DNA of 63,584 nucleotides, filler included, from Reticulomyxa filosa (GCA_000512085.1; 16 parts of 16 records of this genome joined end to end with filler, not necessarily neighbours in it); one strand, 5' to 3'; shown: positions 28,485 through 43,272, counted from the whole stretch's first letter. Numbers and translations are program-made. The notes: generated by a model not told the origin, from the sequence alone.

Positions 28485-29829
28485 CTGTTCAAATCGAATC
28501 AAAGCAAGACAGCATATATGTATGTACATATATGTATGTATACATATATATTTATTTATTTATTTATGTAGCACGAATAGTACACACAATAGATTATCTT
28601 CACACAAGTGCATACATTAAAAAAAGCAGCACCTCTGAAAAGTTAAACAAATAGCAAATAAAACAGAGAAAGAGAAAAAAGAAAAAAAAAAAAAAAAANN
28701 NNNNNNNNNNNNNNNNNNNNNNNNNNNNNNNNNNNNNNNNNNTTAATTAATTAANNNNNNNNNNNNNNNNNNNNNNNNNNNNNNNNNNNNNNNNNNNNTT
28801 GGGATGTAGTAACACATTTTTCAATTCACCTAAAATTCCAAAAACGAATGATCTCTTCCTTATGTCGTACTTCTATCCTCTAAACAAGGCAATTTGATTT
28901 GTGATCACACCAGTACTTCTTAAGAAACCCTTTTGCAATAAAAAACTACAATTCTATATCAACAAACATGATATACTTGTTCGCTCGCCAAGTTATTTTT
29001 CTCCAAAAACAAAATATCTTCAGCCTATGTGGCAGGCAACTTCGTTGGATCGACTATTATCACTGGAGTAGAATCACACATGACTTGCTACAAAGTTACA
29101 CTATCTAACAAGCACTGCAAATCGCTATTTATTGGCCATACTTGGGAAGAACAGAGTTGAACAAAATTGCTGTTTGGTTTCATAGGAAGAAATATTTAGT
29201 CCTGTGTTGCTAGTCAAAAATGTAGCAACCTTGGATGGGCTTACTGATGTTAATGCCTATGGTAATGGCACTACCATTTTCACTATCAGTGGAGTTGTCG
29301 TAAGATTGTACGAACGTAAAATGAAGCGGATAAGTCGGAATTAATCTTCATAGTCTGTTTCATTGCTGTTCTTTTCTTTCACTGCAACAAAAACACCTTC
29401 CGTGGCGCTATGAACTTTTACGGAAAGAACCAAGTATACTTCTACACTAAAATCAAAACAGTTAGTACAAACTGGAAATTTGATTTAAATCCAACTGGAA
29501 ATCATTATCTTCAAAAGATGGTTATAAGTAAGGCGTCTTTTCGTAGGCGATACCTTTTTTAGTATAAGATTACACCTTTTTATTTGCAGAAAAAAAAACA
29601 AAAAAAGTACTTTCTTCAATAATTGCATCAAACTTAAAAAAAAGCTAGTGATGTTAGTTCGGACTTTCAAACTTGCTTAAAAATTATACATTTGTTTTGA
29701 AAAATAATACAATACTTCAAATGCAAAATTATTGTATGTTATTAACTGCAATAAATTCCAGTATCAGTTTTTTTCGAAGAAAAAAGTGAAAACTATCTGC
29801 ACATTTTCTACTTTTAGATTTAAAATATT

Positions 29830-31448
29830 AAAGTTCAGAAATTTTACGATGAGTATAATTGATAAAAAATGTCAGGGTAGTGGTTAAAACAATGCCAAAT
29901 TGGTGGCATATTTGATACTCAAATTTTGATTGAAAAATTTGTTGTTGTGATTTGTGTTTCTTTTGATTTTTTTAAAATAATTTCAATTCTCCAGCTCACC
30001 TTTCTTGCTGGCAACGCAGCCCCCCTTTCCAATTGCTCGATAGACAGGTTTTGTGCTCTTTGGAGATCTATGTTATTTACGTATATATTGATCATACATG
30101 TTTCAATCATATTATAAGAAATATTACAACTTGGAATATAGGTTGTGCATATGACATGGCAATAATCAGCTCACCACTTTCAAATTGTTCGATTTTCTTT
30201 CAATATATCATGCACCACATTACATGATATGGACCTTAATTTTTTTTTCAAACTATACGCCATTCAAAGCGCAATACAATGATCCATATCTAATTCATGC
30301 CGTCACTAAAATCGATATTTGTTCAATGACAGACACATAATGTTATAGTGTGGCTCTATGATTCGTTATATTGAATTTCCATCAGCAACAATTTGATAAT
30401 GATTTGCCACTTTATTTACTTTCATGTCTGCAACCATCGATACCTGTTGCAACTGTTGCTGTTGCCATTATTGCTGGGAACTCACTGAAGCATCAATGGC
30501 AATATAAATAGCAACAATTGTCTATTTTCATTTGTACACAAATATCTATTCAAAATTTCAAGCAACACATATAAAGATATAACCAATATACGTATAAAGA
30601 TGTTATGTTGAGTATGTATATAAAAAAAATACTTTTTCAAGCAATGGATCCAATCACACATCAGGTGACAGGAAAGAGGAACATGCGAAACAGCAGCAAA
30701 TCCTTGTGAACGTGATAAATTGGACTCTTGCTGTTTGAGTGAGTGCTTCGATTTCAATGACAATATCACCATCAAACATTCCGTTATTTGGAATAATGGA
30801 AAAATTCGTCACTTAGAACTACCATTTTTTGATTGATAGTCTTGTCAACAGAAGACCATTTTACTTCTTGCATCCGAGCGATTCGGTTTTTTTGGTAATC
30901 GAACAATTCGTTCATATCTATAGTGACAAGGTCTTTGAGAGAGAGAGCATAATAAAATCGACTGCTGACACTGACAATACATTGAAATAATTCATTGCTT
31001 TGTTTTGTCAAATGGTGGAGCGAGTTTTGAATTGTCGATCCAATTATCGACTGACACGATGTTGTTGCTTTTCGTTACAAATGACACAGCAATATTAGCT
31101 CTTTCGCGCACTCCAAATCAAAGTCGCTGAAATACAGAGACGGCACCCAAATATTTGTTCACACAATATCAGTCCAATGTATCGAAACAATTGACTAATG
31201 AGTAGAATAGAATATGGAATGCGTTTCGTCGTCATCATCATTTTTAATCATCATTGGACATTATTACACCAGTTAAGCAGCTTCTATAGGGAGTCTCAGA
31301 ATACTCTTTTTTCTTTTCATCTACAATATTTTCTGACTACAAAGTCCATCTGCTATTGTCATCGCCCTTGTGGTGAGGGATACATCTTGGCCTTGCCAAA
31401 TGGACGTATGATCATGGACGTGAGTATTTCGAATAACGGCCATTATCC
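29830..31448 (-). pseudogene. Decayed gene, copy B of the family at 12507-14790, with an internal inversion at ~29885-30000
   Basis: Reverse complement aligns with 12575-14780 (e.g. GGTCCATATCA.., GCAACCTATATTCCAAGT, TATGATCAATA, CGAGCAATTGGAA). Confidence 0.75.
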
Positions 31449-34400
31449 NNNNNNNNNNNNNNNNNNNNNNNNNNNNNNNNNNNNNNNNNNNNTTAATTAA
31501 TTAANNNNNNNNNNNNNNNNNNNNNNNNNNNNNNNNNNNNNNNNNNNNGAAAATATTATTGCAATTTGAATTGTTTTTTTCAGTGTAAAAAAACTATTGT
31601 TGCCGTTATCAAGTAAGATTGATATGAAATGTTGATTTGAATGCCTTTGAAAGAAGATTAAAGTTAAAAACATATTTATTATTTTTGTCTTTTTAAACAA
31701 TTGGAATTAATTTGCTGTTTGTTGTTTTTGTTTTTACAACAACTAGAATACGTTGACTCGACTGACAGCGTAGGTAGTGGAACTGCAAATGAAGAAGAAT
31801 GCACTTACAAAAATGTAAATGCCGCTGTTTTGGAGAGAACATTACAAAAAAATGCAAAAAAAAAATCGATGTGCAAATGATAACAGAAAATTAATGTGGT
31901 GGCTCTTCATGATGAACCAAATCAACAACAGCAAATAATGTCAATGTGAAAGGCGCATGAATGGGAGCCAAGAAACAATATCGACCCGCCTACAATATTG
32001 GGAGTACAATCTCCAATCAATCAAACAAATATTGGCGAATCTTTCCAAGGTGATATGTAAGTCAAGAAAAGAATGATATTTAGTTGCTTATTTCAAACTA
32101 GGTGATTCAAATATTGATAAGAATAAAGAATGGTTGAAAAATATATTTAAAATGCAACTAGGTTAAGGAATAGTGAAAGCAATGAGAGTATGATACATTT
32201 GTATTGTAGTGATAACAATAAATTGTCATCTCTTCCTCTCGTGAGAGCAATATATTATCAATTGTAAAAAATTGGTCGCATCATCCAATTCAAATGCACA
32301 AAATTGTTATTTGAGAAGCTACAATGCTGGATATCGAATTCATTTGGGTAGTGTAATTTACGAATGGTTTAGAGACCAGAAATCAAGAGCTTTGTGTTCA
32401 AAAGAAGAAATTACATGCAACCATCAATGAAGAAAAGCGTAACAATGAGAACACGGTAAGTAAAAGCGCAAACAAAGTGAAAGATGGGAACACATTAAAT
32501 AAACCTTTATCAAAAATTCACAGTCATACAGAATTAATGAAAATACGTTCGAAACAATTACACGTTGAATATAATGAAGTGTATAATGGAATATAAGTGG
32601 AACAAGCTCTTGTTGCAAAAGTAAGCATTCATTTCATTCAAAATGGAGCATTTTATCGTCATTGTTGACAATGGCAACATATAAGAAAAATAGTTGGTAT
32701 AATTATCATCAGTATGTGATTGAATACTAGAGTCACATATCAATCATTGTCCAAGCAAGTAAAATATTGTATTCGATCAGCGAAGTCCCATTGATATTAT
32801 TTTTAAATCATTGTATTGGGATATGCGATGCAATGTGGCATTTCTTTTAACTTTGCAACGAATATACGTTTTAAAAATAAAGCTTCGTATTTTAATGGTT
32901 CAACTAATAATCTCATGAGCAAAACTTTTTGGCGAATACTAGCCTTTAATAAAAATTGAATTATTGTACAAAATCATATGTAATTTGTTAATTTTATCTC
33001 AGCTGTAACTGTTTTAGTGTTATGATTCCAATGATTAAACTTTTCATTGAAAAGCAATTGTTCTTTTTCTGTTTATCTTTTGGTATGGTCAGAATATTTT
33101 CAAAACAAACTCCGCTTTATTTTTGATAAGTGGATTGATAAGCACCACAATGAAATATCCGAAAATGTGCTTAACAACATAAAATTGTTGTTGATGGCAG
33201 AAATTTATACCATAATATCGTATTGCGAAAAAACGCTGACAACGCATATACGTCATAAAGGATTTTTTAATATCTTTGCAAAAACATTATTTGAAATAAA
33301 AGTATTCAGATGTCAGTAAATTTTTGTATATTGGACACAAACAACGTTACAGTGGCTCTTTGTTCAAAGTGTTTATTTAATCTACTTGTTTTTTTGCATT
33401 CATTTTTTTATAATTCAATCACAACATATCATTGCTTGTAATATTTGTGGAATACTTATGATTGTTAATAATTTAATATTGTAAAAAGAAAGATGAATTT
33501 AATGTTTTCATTGATTTATTTTTTCTTGTCATCAATTTACTATATGAAATGAAGAATGAAATATAAAAATACATTCAAACAAACTTATTTTTTTCCTCCA
33601 ATGGAGTTGTTCGCATCTAAATCTAAATATCCACATTTATGCTTTTACATAAATAAATATTTATTTTAAATAAATAAGCATATGCTCAAAAAAAGCACAC
33701 CCAAGACACATTTTTTAAGTTGGATATTTTTTCAAAATTCGACTAATTTAAAAGACCAAGTTTTGAGTACTATGCCAAAGTCATATTTTAAAAGAGACTA
33801 TGAAATTTGCTATAGAATCGATTGCATTTATTTTATTCTGAACATATCAACGGAAGGTTCCCTAAAAAGGGTAAGTTCCTTTTTTATTTTCTTGTCTTAT
33901 TTAAGTCAAAGAAACAACTCAAAAGATGTGATTGTCAGAAGGCAATTAAAAGAACGATCCAAACTACACTTTTGTCATTATTGACATTGACTCTTTTGTT
34001 AAGTTGTTGTTTTGAAGCTGTTTTTTGACAATCGATCTAATTTCTTTTCAAAAAAAGAACATTGGCTTGCAGAAGTGAAAGAATAATACATTGTTTTGGT
34101 ACATTTACAAGAGCAATATAATGCAATACATTTACTAACAAAAACAAATTGTTTTGATATATTGTCCTACGAGACATCTGCGAGAATATTTTTACAAAGA
34201 CAATTAAATTTGTTTCGTCAAAAAAGAGAAGATCGATTGACAGTCAACACAAACTATCAAAATAAAACAACCATTTTTTTATGATAAAATTGGCGAAATT
34301 ACGTTGCTGTCTTATATACAGGGAAATTCACAACTCACATTGACAATGAAATATGTAAGTAAGTGAAAAAGCTATTGTCAAAAAGAAAAAAACGTCATCC

Positions 34401-34757
34401 ATCACTACCTTCATTCCATTCAAGCAACTAATTCTTTCTTACGAGTTCTCCAATTCTTTTGACGTAAGTCTCGTTTCGCATCTCAGTCACACTTGTAATT
34501 AAAAATTAAGAATATTTAGATCCACTTTAATCTACAAAAAACAAACTGTAACATTTCTCACATATTTTTTTCTACATTCTGTTGCTCGGAAGACATAAAA
34601 TTAGCTCGATATTAATCAACTTAAAAATAATAAAATTCAATATCGAAACTGAAAAATCAGTTTTAAAAAAACTCTAAAACATCAAAAAAAACTCTAAAAA
34701 CTTAATGCGCCTCTTCCCCTAATTTTTTCAAAACGGTAAAGTGGAAAAAGTTAAATC

Positions 34758-35509
34758 ATGCGCAAGCAAACAGGAAAAGAAAAAACTCCTGCTAAGACTT
34801 CAAGAAAGAAAGAAAAAAAAGTGACAAAAGAAAAACACAAGCCAAACGCGAAAAAACAGATAAAAAGATCACTGTACATAAAACTGTAAGAGCAAAGAAA
34901 AAAAAAAAAATAAGCAAAAGAGTTTATGCAAACGAACCTTCAGAAGCAGAAAAAGAAAACAGAAATGAAGAATTGGATACAACGAAACAAAAATTAAGGC
35001 GACATTACCAATCACAAGATAAACTGGCTCCATTATTCGATGATCCTGAACAATCCATTGATACATGCTACATTCGATTGGCCCTTTTGACCCAACAACA
35101 ATTCCAGCAACAAAAAGATAAAATGACTAACAGTCAAGAAAATGAAAAAAGTGAAGAAGATGAAAAAAATGAAGACGATAAAGAAGAAAATGTAAAATGG
35201 CCAAATTCATTAGACTATTCATCAATCTATGGAAATCAAACTGAACATATCGAATTGCAAGATATTTGGAATGATACACAATATCAATCAAAAGTACGTT
35301 ACATTAGTATTCGAGGAGAAGCAGGGAGTGGAAAAAGTGTGTTATCTCAAAGAATTGCACATTTATGGGGAAATGATCAGATGTGGAATCATCAATTTCA
35401 ATATCTATTGCACATCCCTTTGAGAATTATTATCAATGCTTTTCATCATATTAATGATAATTGTGATGATGAAAAAAAAGATGAAAGTAATGATGATATT
35501 GAATACTTA
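34758..35509 (+). CDS. NACHT-family (STAND) NTPase, N-terminal part
   Basis: LRRHYQSQDKLAPLFD..IDTCYIRLALL pre-NACHT segment; Walker A ISIRGEAGSGKS; IAHLWG..FQYLLHIPLR. Lys-rich N-terminus joined by a -1 shift in an A8 run. Truncated by spacer. Confidence 0.8.
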
Positions 35510-35609
35510 NNNNNNNNNNNNNNNNNNNNNNNNNNNNNNNNNNNNNNNNNNNNTTAATTAATTAANNNNNNNNNNNNNNNNNNNNNNNNNNNNNNNNNNN
35601 NNNNNNNNN

Positions 35610-38039
35610 ACAACAACAACAACAACAACAGCAACAGTAATAACAATAGCAACAACTATCCGCGGATTATCCCGTTTTCGGAAAATGACAAGCGACTACT
35701 GGAAACGCTCGCCAAATCGGCGAGTGTGATCATTCGCAATAACTTGCTGTTCGAAACGATGAAGGGCGAGCGCAAAAAAAACTTTGCGCTGGTGTCGATT
35801 TTGCGCGCCCTGCAACACAAAGATGACGTCACGCAAATGCTCGACGAAGCCGCCTTGTGCATTTCGCAGGCGCTGAGCTGCGAGCGTGTTAACATTTGGT
35901 TCAGCGATGGCAAAGGAGGATTGGAATCAGTCAATGTGGTCCAAGATAATACTGCAAGTAGTACTAATGATAATAATAATCGTCACAAAGATAATGATAA
36001 TGATAATGATAATAACAATATCAATATCAATGATAATGGCAATGGTGCATATCAACTGACTGTACAAAAGAGCCGCAATCAAATGCTCGACCGTGATGTG
36101 AATGACTTGTTGAATGCGATCGCCAAATATTGCGCAATGGCGCACGTATACGTGAACAGCATAAGTATCTATCAAGACACGCAGTTGTGGGATGCGATAA
36201 TGAATGACGATTATTACGGTGACGAGATCCAAGACATTTTGATCGACGTGCAGCAACGACATCCGGCACAGTTGTACCGCGTGCAGAGCGCGTCCACGCT
36301 ATGCGTGCCGATATCGGCTAGCGGACAAGTGGTCGGGGTCATCCAAGCATCGTTCAAAGCGAACGATGAGCCGTTCACGGATATGGACCAGTCGATAGTC
36401 GAAGCCATCAGCAATGAAGTGGCACACGCCATTGCACGTAACATCAGCGATCTGTGGATCCAAAAGTATATTGAAAAGCGCGAAGACGTACCATTGGAAG
36501 TGATCGACTATTTCCTCACGGGGTCACATGACCAACAACAACAATACTATGATGTCATGAGCCCCATTAGCAATAATGGCGATGCATATCGAAATGGCGA
36601 AGAGTCTCTGGTTCTCGCCAACTTGTCTCCACACTTGTTGGAAGAGAAGGAACAAGACATGAATGCGAATGTTGGCGACCCGGATGTGTTGGAAATGGAC
36701 GAATTTTTCAGGACCGCGACGACCATGTTGGATGACTCGCGTGAGAGCGAGCTGCTAATGGAAACGAGGGCGAGGAGTGTGAGCATGAATGTGAAGCTGC
36801 AATTGCCGGTGCAACTGCGTCCTGCCGTGAAGCAGCTGGCTACGTGCGAGTTTGATTGCACGCAATACCAGGCGGAACAACTCGAACAACTCGTTCTGTA
36901 TTTATTACAAGAGACGGGAATGGTCCAGGAGTTTAAACTGAATATTGTCAAACTCAGTCGCTTTGTGCATCAGGTGCAGAAGTCATATCATGACAATCCC
37001 TTCCACAATTGGCAACATGGCTTCTTTGTCTTCCACTTTGTTCATTACTTTCTTATCAATGTGCAACGCATTCAATCCGTCTTGCGCAAACTCGACATTT
37101 GTGCTGTTCTCATCGCCGCCTTATGTCATGATATCAACCATCCGGGCAATGACAATCTCTATGAAATCAATGTCGAGTCCGAATTGAGTCGTATCTACAA
37201 CGGAGAGTCAGTCCTGGAAAATCATCATGCTTACTTCACCAGCGAACTCTTCCGCAAACCTGAGTTCAACTTTATCGAACTCATGCCCCTTGCTCAGCAA
37301 AAAGATTTCAAACGCATCATCGTCAAAAGCATCTTGACCACCGACATGTCGCATCACACCGAAGTCATTGAATGGCTGCACGATATGACCAAGAAAAACA
37401 GTGTGGAACAACTTTTGCTGACGTTGCCAAATCTCAATAGCAATAATATCTCTACCAATAACAATAACACTAATAATAATAACACTAATAATAATAATAA
37501 TAACAATAATAACAATAATAACAATAATAACAATAATAATAATAATAAAGATATAAAAGATTTAGATAAAAAGGCCTTATATCTCAAGTTATGCCAGATC
37601 ATTGTTCATTTGGGCGATTTGTCGGCACAGACTTTCGGTTGGAAAATTGCCAAGGAATGGGAGTATCGCATTGCCGAAGAGTTTCGGAACCAAACTGTGA
37701 AAGAAGAAAAAGTCAATATCCCCGTTCGGGAATGGATGGCCAAAATCGATATCCCCACCAGATACAAAAATCAATATTTCTTCATTGAACATGTTGTCAA
37801 GCCCTTATGGTATTTTTCTTGCTGCTTATGTTTTATATGTTTAATGTTTATTCCAGTTTGTGTGTTTGCTTTCGCTTATGTTTTCGCAACTACATAGGCA
37901 ACCTGCTGTCCACATTTTCCCTGAAATCAATGAACGATTTGAGGTATTGTCTAGCAATTCCCAGAAATATTTGGAAATTTCAGAAAAAGAAAAAGAGAAA
38001 GAAAAAGAAAAAATTGAACGTGCGGATGTCGAAAGCTAA
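35610..38039 (+). CDS. Class I cyclic-nucleotide phosphodiesterase with GAF domain(s) (5' end missing)
   Basis: GAF: LCVPI..VVGVIQA..FTDMD. Catalytic: FHNWQH, LCHDINHPG, LENHH, TDM, GDLS, EF..Q. Intron 37810-37897; stop 38037-38039. Poly-Asn insert. Confidence 0.92.
37457..37547 (+). repeat. (AAT/AAC)n microsatellite encoding poly-Asn inside the PDE catalytic domain
   Basis: Seen directly. Confidence 0.85.
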
Positions 38040-39041
38040 CACAATTCACAACATTGTGTGCAGTGGTCAATTTTTGTTTTGGTTTTAATTTCTTTGTTTC
38101 TATATTTTTTTCTTTTTTCTTTTGTCAAGTCCTCACGAACGTAATCACGTTCATTTTGCATCTTCCGTATTCGCTTGTTTAGTTTGCTTTTTTTTTTCTT
38201 TTGCTCTTGTTGTAACCATTTACTGGTATGAAAAATGCATACATCATTTTTTTTTGGATATTTTTGGTTACGGTTAATTTTGATGTCTTTGTCGATTGAT
38301 GAAATTGAAAATATCATTTGTCGAATTAATAAAAAATGACAACGCCAACAAATTGTAGTATACTTCATTACCAAACGTTTCCTTCATAAATATCTTAACA
38401 TCACCTCCCAAAATGTAGCGCAACAAAAAGTAGATCACAAACAAACAAAATACGTAAATAAAGGGCAAATATATTTGTCCCGTTTTTGCTGTGGAAGCTC
38501 TCTTCGTAATTAGTAAGACGTATACATGCATATGTAATTAGGGAAAAAAAGTTTGCAAACAAGATTATATGTTCAAGCTATGATTGAGATGTCTTTATCT
38601 CAAAACAATTTGACTTTTGGTAAAAAAAAAAGGCGGAAAACAGCTTCAATGTATCAAGCATTGCATAAAAACACACCCATCAGTAAACATAAAAAAATTA
38701 AAAACGGCTCAAAAAATTTTTTAAAAAAGAACAAATTCCGGTTTCAAAACATAATAATAGAAAAAAAAGGAAGAAAACTGAAAGATCAGTTTAGAATGTT
38801 GCTATTGATTGTGTCACAGACAAAAGGATGTTTTTATTTAAATCTGAATAATGTGTACATATATACGTATATTTGTTTTTTTGCAGCTTTTTTTTTTTTG
38901 AGTGATCAAATAAACAAAAAAAAAAAGGAAAAAAAACGAACAAACAGAAACAAAAACAAACAAACAAAAAATAATCAAACAATCGAACGGATCAATTAAA
39001 TGACCGCACAACACACATAAAGTCGATACAGGCAAAGGGCA

Positions 39042-40128
39042 TTAGACGACAGCGGCCAATGGTAAGCCGCTGTTACAACTTTCTTCGTGATCAGAATCGA
39101 CGAGAAAGATAACGTCCAGATTAGTTGAATTTGCCATTTGAAGGCCGTTTTCTTCTGCTTCAGTGAAGACATCGCTCATGTCACTATTCAAAGGAACGGT
39201 GTCTCTCTGATGAGCCAAAGCGTCTTTTTCTTCTATCCCAGTTTCTGTTCCTGTTTCTGTTTCTACTTCTTCTTCGTCTTCCTCTTCTTTTTCTTTTTTT
39301 TTCTTTCTTTCTCGTGGTTGTCATTACTGTCAACATTTATAGTCGAATCACTGTCAATCGTGATAACATCCATTCGAGAGATACCACCATTTGCCTCAAG
39401 GACGTGGCTATCATTATCGTTGTCATTGTCATCATCTTTGCTATCATCCATGTTTTGATTTGCATTGCGATTGCAATTGTGATTGTGAGTTTCTTTTTGT
39501 TTTTCGTTTTCCAATGCACATCGAATGCCACGGGTGTCAAAGTTATCATCGTCAGCGTTTTTCGGACTTATCAGTTTGGCCAGCGTTTCCAAGTTGTCCT
39601 CGTGTTTCTTTTTTTCCGAAACAGCGGCGCGACTATTATGGTTTAATTTGTCCTTGTATATTTTATTAGATTGATTTGGTGTTTTTTTTTTTTTTCTTTG
39701 TATGGTTTATCTTTATCTTTATCTTTGTCTTTCTTTTTGTTTGCATTTTGGTGTTTACTTTTGGTGTTCTTTCTGTGTTTGTGTTTCAGGTTTGCAGTTT
39801 TGGTTTTGTTTTTGGTTTTGCCTTTAGTTTTGGTTTTGGCGGAGGCGGCGTGTTTCTTTTTGTGTTGTCGTTCGTACACAAAGCTGCTATCACTGTCACT
39901 ATCAGTATGGTAATGGCTATCACTCTCACAATCACCATCATCATCACCATCATCATCACCATCATCATTATTATTATTATTATTATTATTATCATTGCCA
40001 TTGCTATGATCAAGCAAACTCATTTCGGTCACGGTGTCAGTGAGACTGCGTAAGTCTTCACAGGAGTCGTGCGTGGCGTCGTCGTCACTTCCCGAATTGG
40101 TCCCTAAAGCACGTATACAAAACATATA

Positions 40129-40163
<35 letters not shown>

Positions 40164-41175
40164 GTATATATGTACGTATGTATGTATGTATATGTATACG
40201 TAGAGAATTCAAAGCGTATTGATATTGCGCATCATCATAAATGAGAGGTGGGAATTGCCAACGACGAAACAGATCATTGCGTGTGTGATTGACCATTTTG
40301 CGCATTTCGGGACGCACCCAAAAGCGCGTGAAGATGGACGGAAAGGCGTTGGCAATGTCCATGCCGGCCAGGGCCTGAAGGACAGTGTTGATGCCTTCGG
40401 CAAGATAGGACGTGGTATATCCACCTTCGGTGGTGACAACGATTTTGCGACAGCGCAGCGTGAGTTCGTGACACACCTGTCCATAGAGCAGCGGACTCAT
40501 TTTGGTGCTGCAGCAAGACCGGTCTCCTTCGACGCCGTCGGTGCCTACGGCGTAGTAGGCGAGGTCGGGTCGGAACTGCTCGACAATGGGCCACACGACA
40601 TTGCGCAGTGCATATAGCACGTCGTAGTCGGTGAAGTTGTGGAACAAAGGGATATTAATATTCGTCCCATACGCTTCGTGATGAGACGATGGTCCGTACT
40701 CGCGACGCTCGCCTGTGCACGGGAAAAATGATCCGTCGTACTGGTGGAACGATATCGTCAGCACGTTCGGGTTATCGTAGAACAGCTTCTGCGTCCCGTC
40801 GCCGTGATGCACGTCCACGTCCAACACCAGGATCTTCATCGACGGGTCCTGCGCGTGACATACGCGATCGATGCTCGCTGCCGTGTTATTTATGTAACAA
40901 TATCCACGGATATGCTCTCCATCGCAGTGATGACCCGGAGGACGATTCAATGCCACTGCATATCTTGCCTCTTCGCTAATTATACTCTCTTTCTTCAACA
41001 CTTCACGTGTCGCTGCCATCACCAAACCTGCACTCACGCACGCGCTCAAAAACGTGTCGCTGCACAAGTACGTGTCCCCATCCATCGACTGGTGCATGCC
41101 TTCTTTCATACGGCGGCTTCGATTCGCCAACTCGTTCAAATATGCACGCGTATGCAGTCCCTCCAAATCTTTTAT
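39042..41175 (-). CDS. Class II-like Zn-dependent histone deacetylase with long low-complexity C-tail (5' end missing)
   Basis: RPPGHH, GYCYINN, LDVDVHHGDGTQ, GTDGVEGD, EGGY. Intron ~40105-40199. Two -1 shifts in poly(A) runs (~39690, ~39298) extend the frame to a stop at 39042. Confidence 0.88.
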
Positions 41176-41624
41176 CTTTTTACAAACATATATATATATA
41201 TATATATATATGTACATATATATATATATNNNNNNNNNNNNNNNNNNNNNNNNNNNNNNNNNNNNNNNNNNNNTTAATTAATTAANNNNNNNNNNNNNNN
41301 NNNNNNNNNNNNNNNNNNNNNNNNNNNNNAAAAAAAAAATTATGAAAAAATTGGTTGAAAGAAACCAGAAGAGATTCCAAGAAACTTAATAAAAGACTTG
41401 AACATGCATTTCGAAAGCTGAAACGAGACAGGATCTTATCTGCAAACACAATATGCGAAAGCAAAGACAAAATAAAAATCACATACGAATATGGAAACTC
41501 GCAAAAACAAGAAGTAGTCAAGTTTGAGGATGGGGATATTATAATTGCTATCGGATTTCTTAGGTGCGAGCAGGAAAAGAAGATGGAGAGTTTGACCAAA
41601 AGAAAGCGAAAAAAAGCAAGAAAG

Positions 41625-41910
41625 ATGAGTTTCCGGTCTTTGGGCATGTGAGCTATATCCAGATAATTTTGCCAACAGCAGTAGCGGAAGAATTTGCGGA
41701 TTCGGTTGGCCGATAGGGCTGCACTCAATTTACGGACTTGAATGAAGATTTGCAACCGTTCCAACGGCCCTACACGAAAGACATTGTCCGTATTCAAGAG
41801 ATTGAAAGAAGGGTCAAAGACATTCAAAATCAGCTGAAGGAATACAGAGTAGTATTTCAGCCAAATGACCCTGTCCGAGTTTTGCACTCATCGAAGACAT
41901 GCTACGGTTG
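41625..41910 (+). pseudogene. ATP6V0A: Decayed 5' fragment of V-ATPase V0 subunit a
   Basis: MSFRSLGM/SYIQIILP..VGR*GCTQFTDLNEDLQPFQRPYTKDIVRIQEIERRV matches FRS..M..QF.DLN..FQR..ER. Frameshift, internal TAG, rest of gene absent. Confidence 0.8.
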
Positions 41911-43272
41911 ATACGATCCAAGTTTCGTGTTTTGCGAAAAAAAAGTGTTCTTTTTTTTTGTTGCATATGCGTGGGTATCAAAACTTTGAGTGAAAAAAAA
42001 AATTACAAATATCAGAGAGACGTCTATAAAACGTCTCAAGAGCTGAAAACACAAGTACAGAAAAGGATTTGAAAAACGACCGGTGAAAAGAAAAGTGGAT
42101 TGTAATTTTGATATAGTGGGGGGGAGGAGGAAAAAAGTAATAGATGTCCATTGCAATCGAAGTGTAGTAACGTTATATTATGCTTTTCCTCATTCTTTTT
42201 ATTTTTCTCTTTTTTATGTCCGTTTTGGTGTTGGTCTTCTCATCGCTATGCATGTTTACAATGTGTTTTTCCATTGTTTTTTCTTTCATTCGAGTGATTC
42301 AGATGACATGATTAAAAATTTTTTTAGTTTTCCCCTTGCTACACTTAAAGTTGGAGACATAACAGTACTTTATAAATTTGGTAAGTGCAAAACTGTTTCA
42401 ATAAGCTAACTTTATAAAGTATTTAAGATTGCCAACGTGCCCGAAAATAATAAACGGAGACTTCAACTTGTTTAAAGAAAAACGCTAGCCAAGAATTTAA
42501 ATCTTTTCTCATTGTAATTGACATATCTATAACACAGATCTCTGAAAGAAATGTTACAATCAGGACAGTTTTATGGATCTGAACCATTAAATCCACGAAA
42601 ACATGTGCTTCGACTAATTGCGTTAGAAAGATTACGATATCCATATCCTCACGTGAATCACTCTGACGTTATCATTATTTATTTGGGATAATCCTTTATA
42701 CGATCCTTCAATTTTCACAATTTTGTTGTAATCATTAGGAAGAAGGAAGACAGTCAAAAAAGTATTTCTGATTAGCAGTAAAATTAAAAAATATTGAAAA
42801 TAACACTTAATAAAGATTAAGTGTTTTCTTTTTATAATTCAATGTTTGCTTTTCACACCATTGAGTGGAAGTTATATTTGTTGGCATCAATTGGAATTTT
42901 TTTACCCTTGACACAAAGAAAATCGTTTTTAAACATTACACTTCATGCTTTCGCTGAAAATAATGAAATATTGTTATCATATCCTTTTTTCATTGCTCGT
43001 ATCATCAAAAAATCATTCTTATGAACTGCGTAACTGTCCCTTACTCGACGCTATTTGCTTTTTAGGTGGTCATTACAAATATTAATAAATACTTTGGGGT
43101 CATCCTTTTTTTTTTGGAGTCGTCATTTCGCAAATAATGAATTTTTTGTTTCCTAGTTCTAAGTTCACTTTTTGGTCAGGTAGTATTATCAACAAATTAA
43201 ATAGTCATTAGTATTTTCATATTTAAAAACCTTGGAAAACCTCGACAGAGCGCAGCTTGGGTAAAAATATTA

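Noticed and set aside
28990-29345. Coding-like decayed stretch
   Set aside because: No recognisable motif; cannot assign a family or boundaries.
31740-32460. Possible decayed gene remnant
   Set aside because: Many stops and no identifiable domain.
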